Virus record (IMG/VR): IMGVR_UViG_3300006100_000043
DNA: 32,301 nucleotides
Direction: 5' to 3' (one strand)
From: a virus
Part shown: positions 8,094 to 15,221 of the stretch, piece after piece
Layout: every line of letters begins with the position of its first letter
How positions within the stretch are numbered: the stretch's first letter is position 1
Notes under the pieces: generated by a model
What the model was told of the DNA's origin: nothing
The model's input: the letters and a program-made list of their open reading frames with translations, nothing else
Database searches by the model: none
Translations under genes and position numbers: made by a program

Positions 8094-8987
8094 ATGAAGT
8101 ACGCAGAACTTGGACAGGGTAACCATTCAGACGATGATAGTCTAGAAGCCATTGAGAATCACGAAGAAGGTTTCGGTATCCCTGGTCAATCTGCTGTGGG
8201 CCACATTGGTTTTGTAAGAAGAGCTGACGTTGGCAACCAGGATGAAAACTCAACGGGTATAACAGCGCCAACAGGTCATCACACTATCAAATTAACAGAA
8301 GAGCCAGGAATTGTATCAAACGAAGGACTTAGCAGTGTTAGCCCAGGTTCTTTGTCACCACTTATCAATGGAGCACTAGGAAGCAATATGAATACAAGAA
8401 TTGCATACGTAATGGAGAATGGTGAGCCGTTCTGCAATCACTGTGAACGTAGTTTCGTTCCAGCTAATTTGACACGCATCGCATGCACTCATTGTGGTTG
8501 CGGTGCACCACAGGACGATCATGGTTTGGGTGAAAACAACTTCAGTCATGTCGAGGGTGATGTTAAAGAACACGTGCCAGCAGCTGATAAACCTTTCATC
8601 AAAGAAGAAACTAAGCTAAGCTTCGTTGACATGGCATTGCAGACATTCCAAAAGCAATCTAACGACAGTGAACTATACTACCGTGGTTACAACGATGCAC
8701 ACGCTGGCAAGCCACTCGATGAAGACCTCGCATTGTTGAGCGATGACTACTACAATGGTTATGATCAACACAAGTTCTACAACAAGACACCACAGCAAAG
8801 CACTGGTCAAAAGTTGTACGACCTTAAGCCAAACAGCAATGACATTCCACGTGGTGGGAACATGACACCTGGTGAAGCAGACCGCGGTCCACTTGAATTG
8901 ACTGATGGATTTAACCACGCTACTGCTTCGGTTAGACTTGCTTCTATCTTCCCCGTTGATGTAATTGAGAAGTTTTTTGAGGTATAA
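8094..8987 (+). CDS. Hypothetical protein (297 aa) with CxxC...CxxC zinc ribbon
   Basis: Real start taken as ATG 8094 (MKYAELGQG...), 1 nt after the upstream stop. Track ORF 7542..8987 extends upstream through the previous gene in another frame. Motif CNHCERSF...CTHCGCGAP. Confidence 0.65.
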   Translation: MKYAELGQGNHSDDDSLEAIENHEEGFGIPGQSAVGHIGFVRRADVGNQDENSTGITAPTGHHTIKLTEEPGIVSNEGLSSVSPGSLSPLINGALGSNMNTRIAYVMENGEPFCNHCERSFVPANLTRIACTHCGCGAPQDDHGLGENNFSHVEGDVKEHVPAADKPFIKEETKLSFVDMALQTFQKQSNDSELYYRGYNDAHAGKPLDEDLALLSDDYYNGYDQHKFYNKTPQQSTGQKLYDLKPNSNDIPRGGNMTPGEADRGPLELTDGFNHATASVRLASIFPVDVIEKFFEV

Positions 8988-8988
8988 T

Positions 8989-9729
8989 ATGGAAATCTGT
9001 AATGTTTGTGATAGCGGTTTACTCGTTGTAAAGATGAGCTCTGCAGGCAAGGAAGCATTTTGCTCATCATGCCGACGTATTGTAGAGAGCGCTACACTTG
9101 GTTTTAAGTTTGCTCTTACCGAAGGTGACGATGGTATTGTAGAGTGCAAGGGTCCAGACAACCGTAGAGGCTGGAAGGGTCCCGGTAAGAAGGCACGTTG
9201 CTTTACTTACGAAGAAGGAAATCAGGAAGAAGAGAAGAAAGCCCTGCAAAAAGCCAAGGACTCTGCTTATGCTCACCAACATGCTCGTGGTGCTTCTAAA
9301 ATCGTAAACGCTACTGCTTACTTCACAGGTGGGCCTGAAAGCATGTCTGCACCTGCTGCTGCTTCTTCTCTTGTGGGAAAATCAAATGGATCTCCTATTC
9401 GTCCTGGTGGCAACCCAACCAACCCAATGGCTCCTGGCGCACAACCAAATCCTGTATCACCTATTATGCACCCTGGCAAGAGTCCAATTGAACCTGGACC
9501 AATTCGTCCTGGTGGCGCTGGCTTGCACGGTGAAGTTCCTGCTGCTCCTGGTGGAATGCAAATGGGTGACCTTAATGGTGCTAACCCTCTTAACAGCGGT
9601 ACAACTGCTAGCAGAAAGTTGATTATGCTAGCCAATGAATTAATTGCTCATGAAGAAATGGGCGACCCCTTCTGCACACAGCACAATTCTAGAGCTAGTC
9701 AATGTAATCATCTACATGAGGCGCACTAG
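8989..9729 (+). CDS. Hypothetical protein (246 aa): N-terminal zinc ribbon, Pro/Gly-rich middle
   Basis: ATG 8989 (MEICNVCDSG...CSSCRR) 1 nt after the upstream TAA. Repeated PIRPGG segments. Confidence 0.65.
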   Translation: MEICNVCDSGLLVVKMSSAGKEAFCSSCRRIVESATLGFKFALTEGDDGIVECKGPDNRRGWKGPGKKARCFTYEEGNQEEEKKALQKAKDSAYAHQHARGASKIVNATAYFTGGPESMSAPAAASSLVGKSNGSPIRPGGNPTNPMAPGAQPNPVSPIMHPGKSPIEPGPIRPGGAGLHGEVPAAPGGMQMGDLNGANPLNSGTTASRKLIMLANELIAHEEMGDPFCTQHNSRASQCNHLHEAH

Positions 9730-9756
9730 TAATTAGGAAAACAGAAAGATTCCAAT

Positions 9757-10467
9757 ATGAACTACGACGAAATTGAAATCCAAGCTAAGACTGCTGCCGC
9801 AGATAACGGCTGGTTCAACGGCTCTTCAGAAAGTATCTTTGCTAGATTAGACAGACTGCAAGAGATCCTTGACTCAACACGCACAGCAGCCAGCCACCCC
9901 AACACCAACGAGAGAGACCTCGAGCGTTTTGCCAATATCCTCACAGAGCTTGGCGCCGAGAAGGAAGCCCTAGAGAAGCTCGCATCAGAGTATGTTGACT
10001 TTGACACTGAGCAGTACCTTGACAGTCTCCCTGGCGGAACAATTGCTAAGCAATACCGTGTTAGCAGCGCAGGTGTACTTGACCTCGGTGAAGACGATGG
10101 TAGCCTTTTGTACCGCACAGCTTCTTCGATCAACAGAGAATATGAAGATGCAGACTGGATTAACTTCGTTACTGCTGGTGCTGAAGTCTGGGTAGAAGAC
10201 CAGAACCTTCGTTTGCTTGACAACCAGCTTAACACTCGTGAGGCAGCTGTTTACTACGTTGAACAACGCACAATGCCAATCTTGGATGTAACCAAGCGTG
10301 CAGCCATTATTGACAACTTTGTTGACAATGTAGAAATTTGCCGTAGAGCAAAGAAGGAAGGCAGCAAGTTCCGTGGAATTAAGTCCGCTAACGCTCAAAA
10401 ACTGTCTGCCAACTATGTTAACGAAGCCTTGAACGACTCTTTCGGAGATGGCCTTAACTGGTTGTAA
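9757..10467 (+). CDS. Hypothetical protein (236 aa)
   Basis: ATG preceded by AGGAAAACAGAAAG. The conserved 10-mer AGTAATTAGG sits 20 nt upstream. Confidence 0.7.
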   Translation: MNYDEIEIQAKTAAADNGWFNGSSESIFARLDRLQEILDSTRTAASHPNTNERDLERFANILTELGAEKEALEKLASEYVDFDTEQYLDSLPGGTIAKQYRVSSAGVLDLGEDDGSLLYRTASSINREYEDADWINFVTAGAEVWVEDQNLRLLDNQLNTREAAVYYVEQRTMPILDVTKRAAIIDNFVDNVEICRRAKKEGSKFRGIKSANAQKLSANYVNEALNDSFGDGLNWL

Positions 10468-10468
10468 T

Positions 10469-10978
10469 ATGACAGAGACTTGGCACGGTTTTAGAGTTGT
10501 TGGTGCCGTAGAAGATGACACAACAACAAAACCAGTAGAACAACCACCGCTTATTAAGCAATTGCAAGAATTGCTAGCTGATGCTGCGTTGTTTTATCAT
10601 TCAGTTCACGAATTCCACTGGAATGTTTCCGGATTGGATTTCTACGAATACCACAAACTGTTTGATGAAATTGTAAGCGATGTATACGATAGCATCGATC
10701 CAATTGCAGAGAATATCCGCAAACTTGGTGGTCGTGTTAAGTATAAAATGAGTGAGCTTGTCGATATCGCTAATTTGCAAGAACCTGCAGAAGGTGGCAC
10801 TGAAGCGAAAACCTTGACATCTGAACTTATTAGGCTAAACTCTAAGCTCATTAATACTTTGATGAATACTTTCAATTTGGCGAACAAACTCAACCAACAG
10901 GGTATTGCCAACTTCATTGCCGAACGAATTGACCAGCACCAGAAATGGGAGTGGTTCCTAAGAGCCTCTGTTGAATGA
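10469..10978 (+). CDS. dps: Dps / ferritin-like DNA-protection protein (about 169 aa)
   Basis: LQELLADAALFYHSVHEFHWNVSGLDFYEYHKLFDEIVSDVYDSIDPIAENIRKLGG aligns residue-for-residue with the Dps ferroxidase-centre region (HWN...HxxFDE...AERIRxLGG). The C-terminal WEWFLRASVE resembles Dps FLWFIESNIE. In-frame ATG 10448 is an alternative start. Confidence 0.8.
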   Translation: MTETWHGFRVVGAVEDDTTTKPVEQPPLIKQLQELLADAALFYHSVHEFHWNVSGLDFYEYHKLFDEIVSDVYDSIDPIAENIRKLGGRVKYKMSELVDIANLQEPAEGGTEAKTLTSELIRLNSKLINTLMNTFNLANKLNQQGIANFIAERIDQHQKWEWFLRASVE

Positions 10979-11208
10979 TGGAAAGCGTTTCCCAGAATAT
11001 TGGTAATGTAGTGGCTATCCTTACAGCCATTATGAGTGAGCAAGAAGACCTAGCATATGAAATGGTCTTAGATTCTGATCCTATCGAATTGTTCAGTTCG
11101 CTCACTGGTATCCTGCTTAGCTCTCTTAACCATTTAACAAATCTTACTGGCATTACTACCGATGAATATATCAAAGATCTTGGTATGCTCGCTTTTAAGT
11201 CATTATGA
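10975..11208 (+). CDS. Hypothetical small protein (77 aa)
   Basis: ATGA overlap at both ends. Confidence 0.5.
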   Translation: MMESVSQNIGNVVAILTAIMSEQEDLAYEMVLDSDPIELFSSLTGILLSSLNHLTNLTGITTDEYIKDLGMLAFKSL

Positions 11209-11504
11209 GCGAACTCAACGAATTGCCAGAGGGTATTTATATTAATAAAGAACCCAGCGAATTCTATTATGAAATAGAATTTGAATTTATAAATGAAAAC
11301 AAATGCAATAAATGCAATATTGTTTATGAAAGTTTCCTCATGTCAAATGCCAGCAGACATGAGGGAAATATTGTGATCCGTCCTTCTAACAAAAGTGTAT
11401 GGAGAAATACTTTATCAAAAAACCGTGATAAGGCATTAAAAAACTTGCAAGAAACTTTAACCTTAAAGTTTGACAACCATAAGCAAAGGTGTAATAATGA
11501 TTAG
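11205..11504 (+). CDS. Hypothetical small protein (99 aa) in a strongly AT-rich segment
   Basis: ATGA-coupled start. Local GC is visibly lower (~30%) than the flanks. Contains CNKCN. Confidence 0.5.
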   Translation: MSELNELPEGIYINKEPSEFYYEIEFEFINENKCNKCNIVYESFLMSNASRHEGNIVIRPSNKSVWRNTLSKNRDKALKNLQETLTLKFDNHKQRCNND

Positions 11505-11661
11505 GTACAGTACACAACCGACCAAGGGTCCAAATGTCTTGTCAGACAGCCCGACAGCTCCCAAAGTAACAACAAAAGATGTTCGCGGTCTGCTTGGCAT
11601 TAATGAAGATGAGAAATCTCAGACTTTGTTAGACCTTGATGCGGAAGACAACAACGAATAG
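11497..11661 (+). CDS. Hypothetical small protein (54 aa)
   Basis: Track ORF 11470..11661 begins with TTG. The first ATG, at 11497, overlaps the upstream stop. Confidence 0.35.
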   Translation: MIRYSTQPTKGPNVLSDSPTAPKVTTKDVRGLLGINEDEKSQTLLDLDAEDNNE

Positions 11662-12526
11662 GACAATAGTGACGAAACAACTGGCTGAAAAAGATCCAGC
11701 AACACACATTGTAATTCCAGATACCCAGGCCAAGGACGGTGTTCCAACAGATCACCTCACATGGATCGGTAACTATATCGTGGAAGAATTTCACAACCAA
11801 GATGTGAAGATCATCCACCTTGGTGACCACGCTGATATGCCAGCCCTTTCAATGTACGATAAGGGCAAGAAGAGCATGGAGGGTCGTCGTGTTAAAGCAG
11901 ACATTGAAGCTGCGAATGAACACTGGCGCATCCTCAATCAACCGTTATACGATTATAACGACAACAAGCGCAAGAGCAAACACGCTATCTGGAATCCAGA
12001 GCGTCATATCTTGCTCGGCAACCACGAAGATCGTATCAACAGAGCAACAGAAATGGATGCTCAGATCGATGGGTTGTTCAGCACCGATGATCTTGATTAC
12101 GCAAGAAGTGGCTGGAGAGTAAGCCCGTTTAAGAAAATTCTGTGGTTGGATGGAGTGGCTTACAGCCACTTTTTTTATAACCACATGACGGGTGTACCCT
12201 ATGGTGGCAATATCGATACGCGTCTTAAGACTATCGGCCACTCATTCACTATGGGTCATCAGCAGACTTTCCTTTATGGTATGCGATACGTCAACGACAG
12301 CAATGAGCCTTACTCACAGCATGGGCTTGTAGCTGGTGCTTGCTACTTGCATGACGAAGACTACAAGGGTCCGCAGGGTAATGCTCATTTCCGTGGAATC
12401 GTTGTAAAACATGGTGTTCAAAATGGCAGTTATGACATCCAGCAAATTTCTCTTGATTCTTTGTGCCGTAGATACGAAGGTATGGGCGTAGAACGGTTTA
12501 AAAAGCTCAAGTATCCGCATATGTAG
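11636..12526 (+). CDS. Calcineurin-like metallophosphoesterase (about 290 aa)
   Basis: Motifs in order: IVIPDTQ...DG (I), HLGDHADMP (II, GDxxD), LGNHEDR (III, GNHE), TMGHQQ (IV, GH), GACYLHDE (V). Alternative start GTG 11669 with AGGACA upstream would remove the 26-nt overlap with the previous ORF. Confidence 0.75.
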   Translation: MMRKTTTNRTIVTKQLAEKDPATHIVIPDTQAKDGVPTDHLTWIGNYIVEEFHNQDVKIIHLGDHADMPALSMYDKGKKSMEGRRVKADIEAANEHWRILNQPLYDYNDNKRKSKHAIWNPERHILLGNHEDRINRATEMDAQIDGLFSTDDLDYARSGWRVSPFKKILWLDGVAYSHFFYNHMTGVPYGGNIDTRLKTIGHSFTMGHQQTFLYGMRYVNDSNEPYSQHGLVAGACYLHDEDYKGPQGNAHFRGIVVKHGVQNGSYDIQQISLDSLCRRYEGMGVERFKKLKYPHM

Positions 12527-12529
12527 TAT

Positions 12530-13732
12530 ATGGATAAAAATAACGAACGCCAGAGGAAGAACTTTCGCTGTGTCTTTAATCCTTACGTGACTAAAGATAA
12601 CCGCGATGGCGTTATTCGTTCCATCATTTCTCAGTTTGAAGGTTATGAAGCTGAGCCTGAAGTCACACTACATGACGATGGTTTTATCATCACGCTTACC
12701 ACTGGTCCTGAATTATCTCCAACATTAATCAGAGATAAAATTCTGTGGAATCAATTCGTTGACAGCGTAACAGCTTCCGATGCTATCCGCAAGATCCAGA
12801 TCATACGTATCCCTAAGAATTCTGGTTTGATGGATTTTGGTGGTCGTGTGGAAGGACAAGGCAGTATTGGTGGTTTTGGTCCTGAAGTCGATCCTATTGT
12901 TGGCAATACTGGTGTGGATGAGAAACTCAACACGCCATTGAACTACAAGCCTAAGTATCAGATCGATGGAGATCCTAATGATACATTGGGACACCATGCC
13001 AGTGTTAGAAAATACGCTGACCCAACAGATCTTACTTCTCAAGACCAATCTTTTGTACACGGTCTTACTCCAGCTGATTTGACAAGTGATGCCAACAGGG
13101 TTGAAACTGGCCCTCAGGATCCATTGGAAACTGGTAATCACAAATCGTTGCCAAAGGTATTCGCTAGCTTTAAGCGTATTGCAATCGATACAGACGCTGG
13201 AAGTGCTTTTACTTTAAACAAGCCCAATGGGTTTCAAAGCGTTAATGATCCACCCAACCAAGGACCATTGCACCAACGTGCCACTCCAGCAACTGGTATT
13301 GGTGGTGGAGCCCCTATTAGCGGTGCTAGCTGGTATGTAACACAGCCTGGCAATGAGCAAGGAACCGAGCTTGGTGCTGAACGTAACAAGGATTACGATT
13401 TGAGCAGCTCATCAGCACCCCTTGGTGGGATTACTGCTTCGTTGTATGAAGGTCCTGCAGCTGAACAATACGAGAAGTCTATCAAAGACGAATACGGCGC
13501 AGAAACAGCTGAAGACCAAAATAAAGATCAGATCAAAAAGAACATCGTTTACGCATCTTCTGATGGAGACAGTGATACCGATGACGAACAAGGTATTAAA
13601 GCAGAATACGGTTCAACGCTAGATATGCTAGGTGTTGGAGACCACCCAATTGGTGGTGCCGCATATGGTTCTTTCTTTGGACTTAATGAAACATACGATT
13701 ATCAAGGCGATATAGATGAGTACAACCTATAA
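12530..13732 (+). CDS. Hypothetical protein (400 aa), acidic Ser/Asp-rich C-terminus
   Basis: Long ORF; no recognised motifs. Confidence 0.7.
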   Translation: MDKNNERQRKNFRCVFNPYVTKDNRDGVIRSIISQFEGYEAEPEVTLHDDGFIITLTTGPELSPTLIRDKILWNQFVDSVTASDAIRKIQIIRIPKNSGLMDFGGRVEGQGSIGGFGPEVDPIVGNTGVDEKLNTPLNYKPKYQIDGDPNDTLGHHASVRKYADPTDLTSQDQSFVHGLTPADLTSDANRVETGPQDPLETGNHKSLPKVFASFKRIAIDTDAGSAFTLNKPNGFQSVNDPPNQGPLHQRATPATGIGGGAPISGASWYVTQPGNEQGTELGAERNKDYDLSSSSAPLGGITASLYEGPAAEQYEKSIKDEYGAETAEDQNKDQIKKNIVYASSDGDSDTDDEQGIKAEYGSTLDMLGVGDHPIGGAAYGSFFGLNETYDYQGDIDEYNL

Positions 13733-14264
13733 GGTTTACGAAGCAGGTAAAGATCCGTCAAAGTACGTACCAGGAGATTTTATTCTGGTGTCGACCAAGG
13801 GAGTCCTTGCTAAGTTTATCCGTTTTGGTCAATTCATCCGTTATCACGGTAAAATGAAGCCCTTTGCTCACTGGAACCATGCTGCTATGGTTATCAGTGA
13901 GAATGGCGACATCGTTGAAGCTGTTGGTCGCGGTGTTGTAGTTAGCAACATTGGTGAGTACAAGAACGTAGAATATTACTACGTTTCTACTAAGCTTAAC
14001 AAGCAAAGCCGTGACCAAGCGGTAGCTGCTTGTAAGAGTTTCATTAAGGATAAGTATGGTTGGCTAACCATCTTGAGTATTGCTACGGAATTGGCAACTG
14101 GCATCAAGATGCAGTTCACCAATAGCAACACAATGATCTGTAGCGCCGTAGTAGCACAATCCCTATGGGCAGGTGGAGTCGTATTCGACCGCAACCCATA
14201 TCAAATGATGCCTGCTGATTTGGCAGCATCTTTCAACATTCTGACGGAATTGCCAAATACTTGA
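13716..14264 (+). CDS. Permuted papain-fold amidase of the YiiX/YaeF (peptidase C92) type; candidate endolysin/cell-wall hydrolase
   Basis: GDFILVST...HWNHAAMVI...VEAVGRGV...MICSAVVAQSLW...MMPADLAAS follows the YiiX order (GDIIF...SH.G..V..EAVG...YCSEVVW...SPQAVF). His precedes Cys (circular permutation). Confidence 0.7.
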   Translation: MSTTYKVYEAGKDPSKYVPGDFILVSTKGVLAKFIRFGQFIRYHGKMKPFAHWNHAAMVISENGDIVEAVGRGVVVSNIGEYKNVEYYYVSTKLNKQSRDQAVAACKSFIKDKYGWLTILSIATELATGIKMQFTNSNTMICSAVVAQSLWAGGVVFDRNPYQMMPADLAASFNILTELPNT

Positions 14265-14295
14265 TTTTTTGCATTTTATGCAATAAATTGAAAAT

Positions 14296-14463
14296 ATGCA
14301 AAAAGCTACAATTACCATCAGTTATGATGCCCGTGACCACCAGAGCGAAGAGCTCGCTAGTCAAGAGATCAGCGAAACTATCGCTGGCCTTCTCAACAGC
14401 TTGCGTACTCAAGTAAATGGCGTCCAGGTAACCGTGAAGTTCCAAAATAACAAGGAGAAATAA
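14296..14463 (+). CDS. Small hypothetical protein (55 aa) between amidase and holin-like genes
   Basis: ATG 14296. Translation MQKATITISYDARDHQSEELASQEISETIAGLLNSLRTQVNGVQVTVKFQNNKEK. The stop overlaps the AAGGAG ribosome-binding site of the next gene. Not in the track (under 60 aa). Confidence 0.4.
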   Translation: MQKATITISYDARDHQSEELASQEISETIAGLLNSLRTQVNGVQVTVKFQNNKEK

Positions 14464-14465
14464 TA

Positions 14466-14819
14466 ATGTCTAACCCATTGAACACAACAACAACTAGAGC
14501 TACAGGTCGTGCTTTTGTTGCTGCTATCGTTGGTGCTTTGCTTGCTTGGGGTGCAACCAAGTGGGGCAATCTTAACACTGGCACATTTGCAGCTTTGACA
14601 CCTGTTGCTTCTGGTCTGTATTACACAGCAGTTACTGCTCTTGAGAAGAAGTATCCTAACCTTGGTTGGTTGCTTGGTACGCTTCCTCAGCCCAAGGCTC
14701 CTACTGTGTTCCCTACACCAGAGCCCACACCTGCTCCAACACCAGCTCCAACTGCCGCAAAGGCTCCTGCTGCCAAGAAGACAGCTGCTGCAAAGAAGGC
14801 TGCTCCTAAGAAGAAGTAG
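14466..14819 (+). CDS. Holin-like two-TM membrane protein with Lys/Ala/Pro-rich histone-H1-like tail (117 aa)
   Basis: Strong RBS AAGGAGAAATAATA-ATG. Two hydrophobic helices (AFVAAIVGALLAWGATKW; FAALTPVASGLYYTAVTAL). C-terminal PTPEPTPAPTPAPTAAKAPAAKKTAAAKKAAPKKK. Confidence 0.55.
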   Translation: MSNPLNTTTTRATGRAFVAAIVGALLAWGATKWGNLNTGTFAALTPVASGLYYTAVTALEKKYPNLGWLLGTLPQPKAPTVFPTPEPTPAPTPAPTAAKAPAAKKTAAAKKAAPKKK

Positions 14820-14826
14820 TTCTTAA

Positions 14827-14899
14827 TCCCTGGTAGCTCAATTGGCAGAGCAACGCACTGTTAATGCGTGGGTTCCTGGTTCGAGTCCAGGCTGGGGAG
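14827..14899 (+). tRNA. tRNA-Asn (anticodon GTT)
   Basis: Manual cloverleaf. Acceptor tccctgg/ctgggga, D-arm gctc-aattggca-gagc, anticodon arm acgca-ctGTTaa-tgcgt, T-arm cctgg-ttcgagt-ccagg, discriminator G. No encoded CCA. Confidence 0.8.
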
Positions 14900-14904
14900 C
14901 TTTA

Positions 14905-14978
14905 GGTCTTGTAGCTCAGTTGGTTAGAGCACTTCCCTGTCACGGAAGGGGTCGTGGGTTCAAGTCCCATCAAGATCG
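14905..14978 (+). tRNA. tRNA-Asp (anticodon GTC), CCA encoded at 14979-14981
   Basis: Acceptor ggtcttg/caagatc, anticodon arm cttcc-ctGTCac-ggaag, T-loop ttcaagt, discriminator G followed by cca. Confidence 0.8.
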
Positions 14979-14982
14979 CCAT

Positions 14983-15053
14983 TGAGGGATGGTGTAAAGG
15001 CAGCACAAAAGACTTTGAATCTTTTAGTCTAGGTTCGATCCCTAGTCCCTCAG
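14983..15053 (+). tRNA. tRNA-Gln (anticodon TTG), CCA encoded at 15054-15056
   Basis: Acceptor tgaggga/tccctca, anticodon arm aaaga-ctTTGaa-tcttt, T-arm ctagg-ttcgatc-cctag, discriminator G then cca. 71 nt. Confidence 0.75.
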
Positions 15054-15057
15054 CCAT

Positions 15058-15130
15058 GGGACTGTAGCTCAGTGGTAAGAGCGGAAAGCTTATATCTTTC
15101 TGGCCGTAGGTTCAATTCCTACCAGTCCTA
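15058..15130 (+). tRNA. tRNA-Ile (anticodon TAT, reads AUA), CCA encoded at 15131-15133
   Basis: Acceptor gggactg/cagtcct (G1-U72), D-arm gctc-agtggtaa-gagc, anticodon arm gaaag-ctTATat-ctttc, T-arm gtagg-ttcaatt-cctac, discriminator A then cca. Confidence 0.7.
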
Positions 15131-15221
15131 CCATTTAAAACATGCTCTGAGTTATAGCAGTAATTAGGCAATATATGCCTATATTCAGCGTTCCTATTGG
15201 GACAATATAAGGAGTAACACG

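Noticed and set aside
14827-15133. Possibility of a CRISPR array or other regular repeat in the tRNA region
   Set aside because: The elements fold as four distinct cloverleaf tRNAs, and no direct repeat/spacer periodicity is present. No CRISPR-like arrays seen anywhere in the window.
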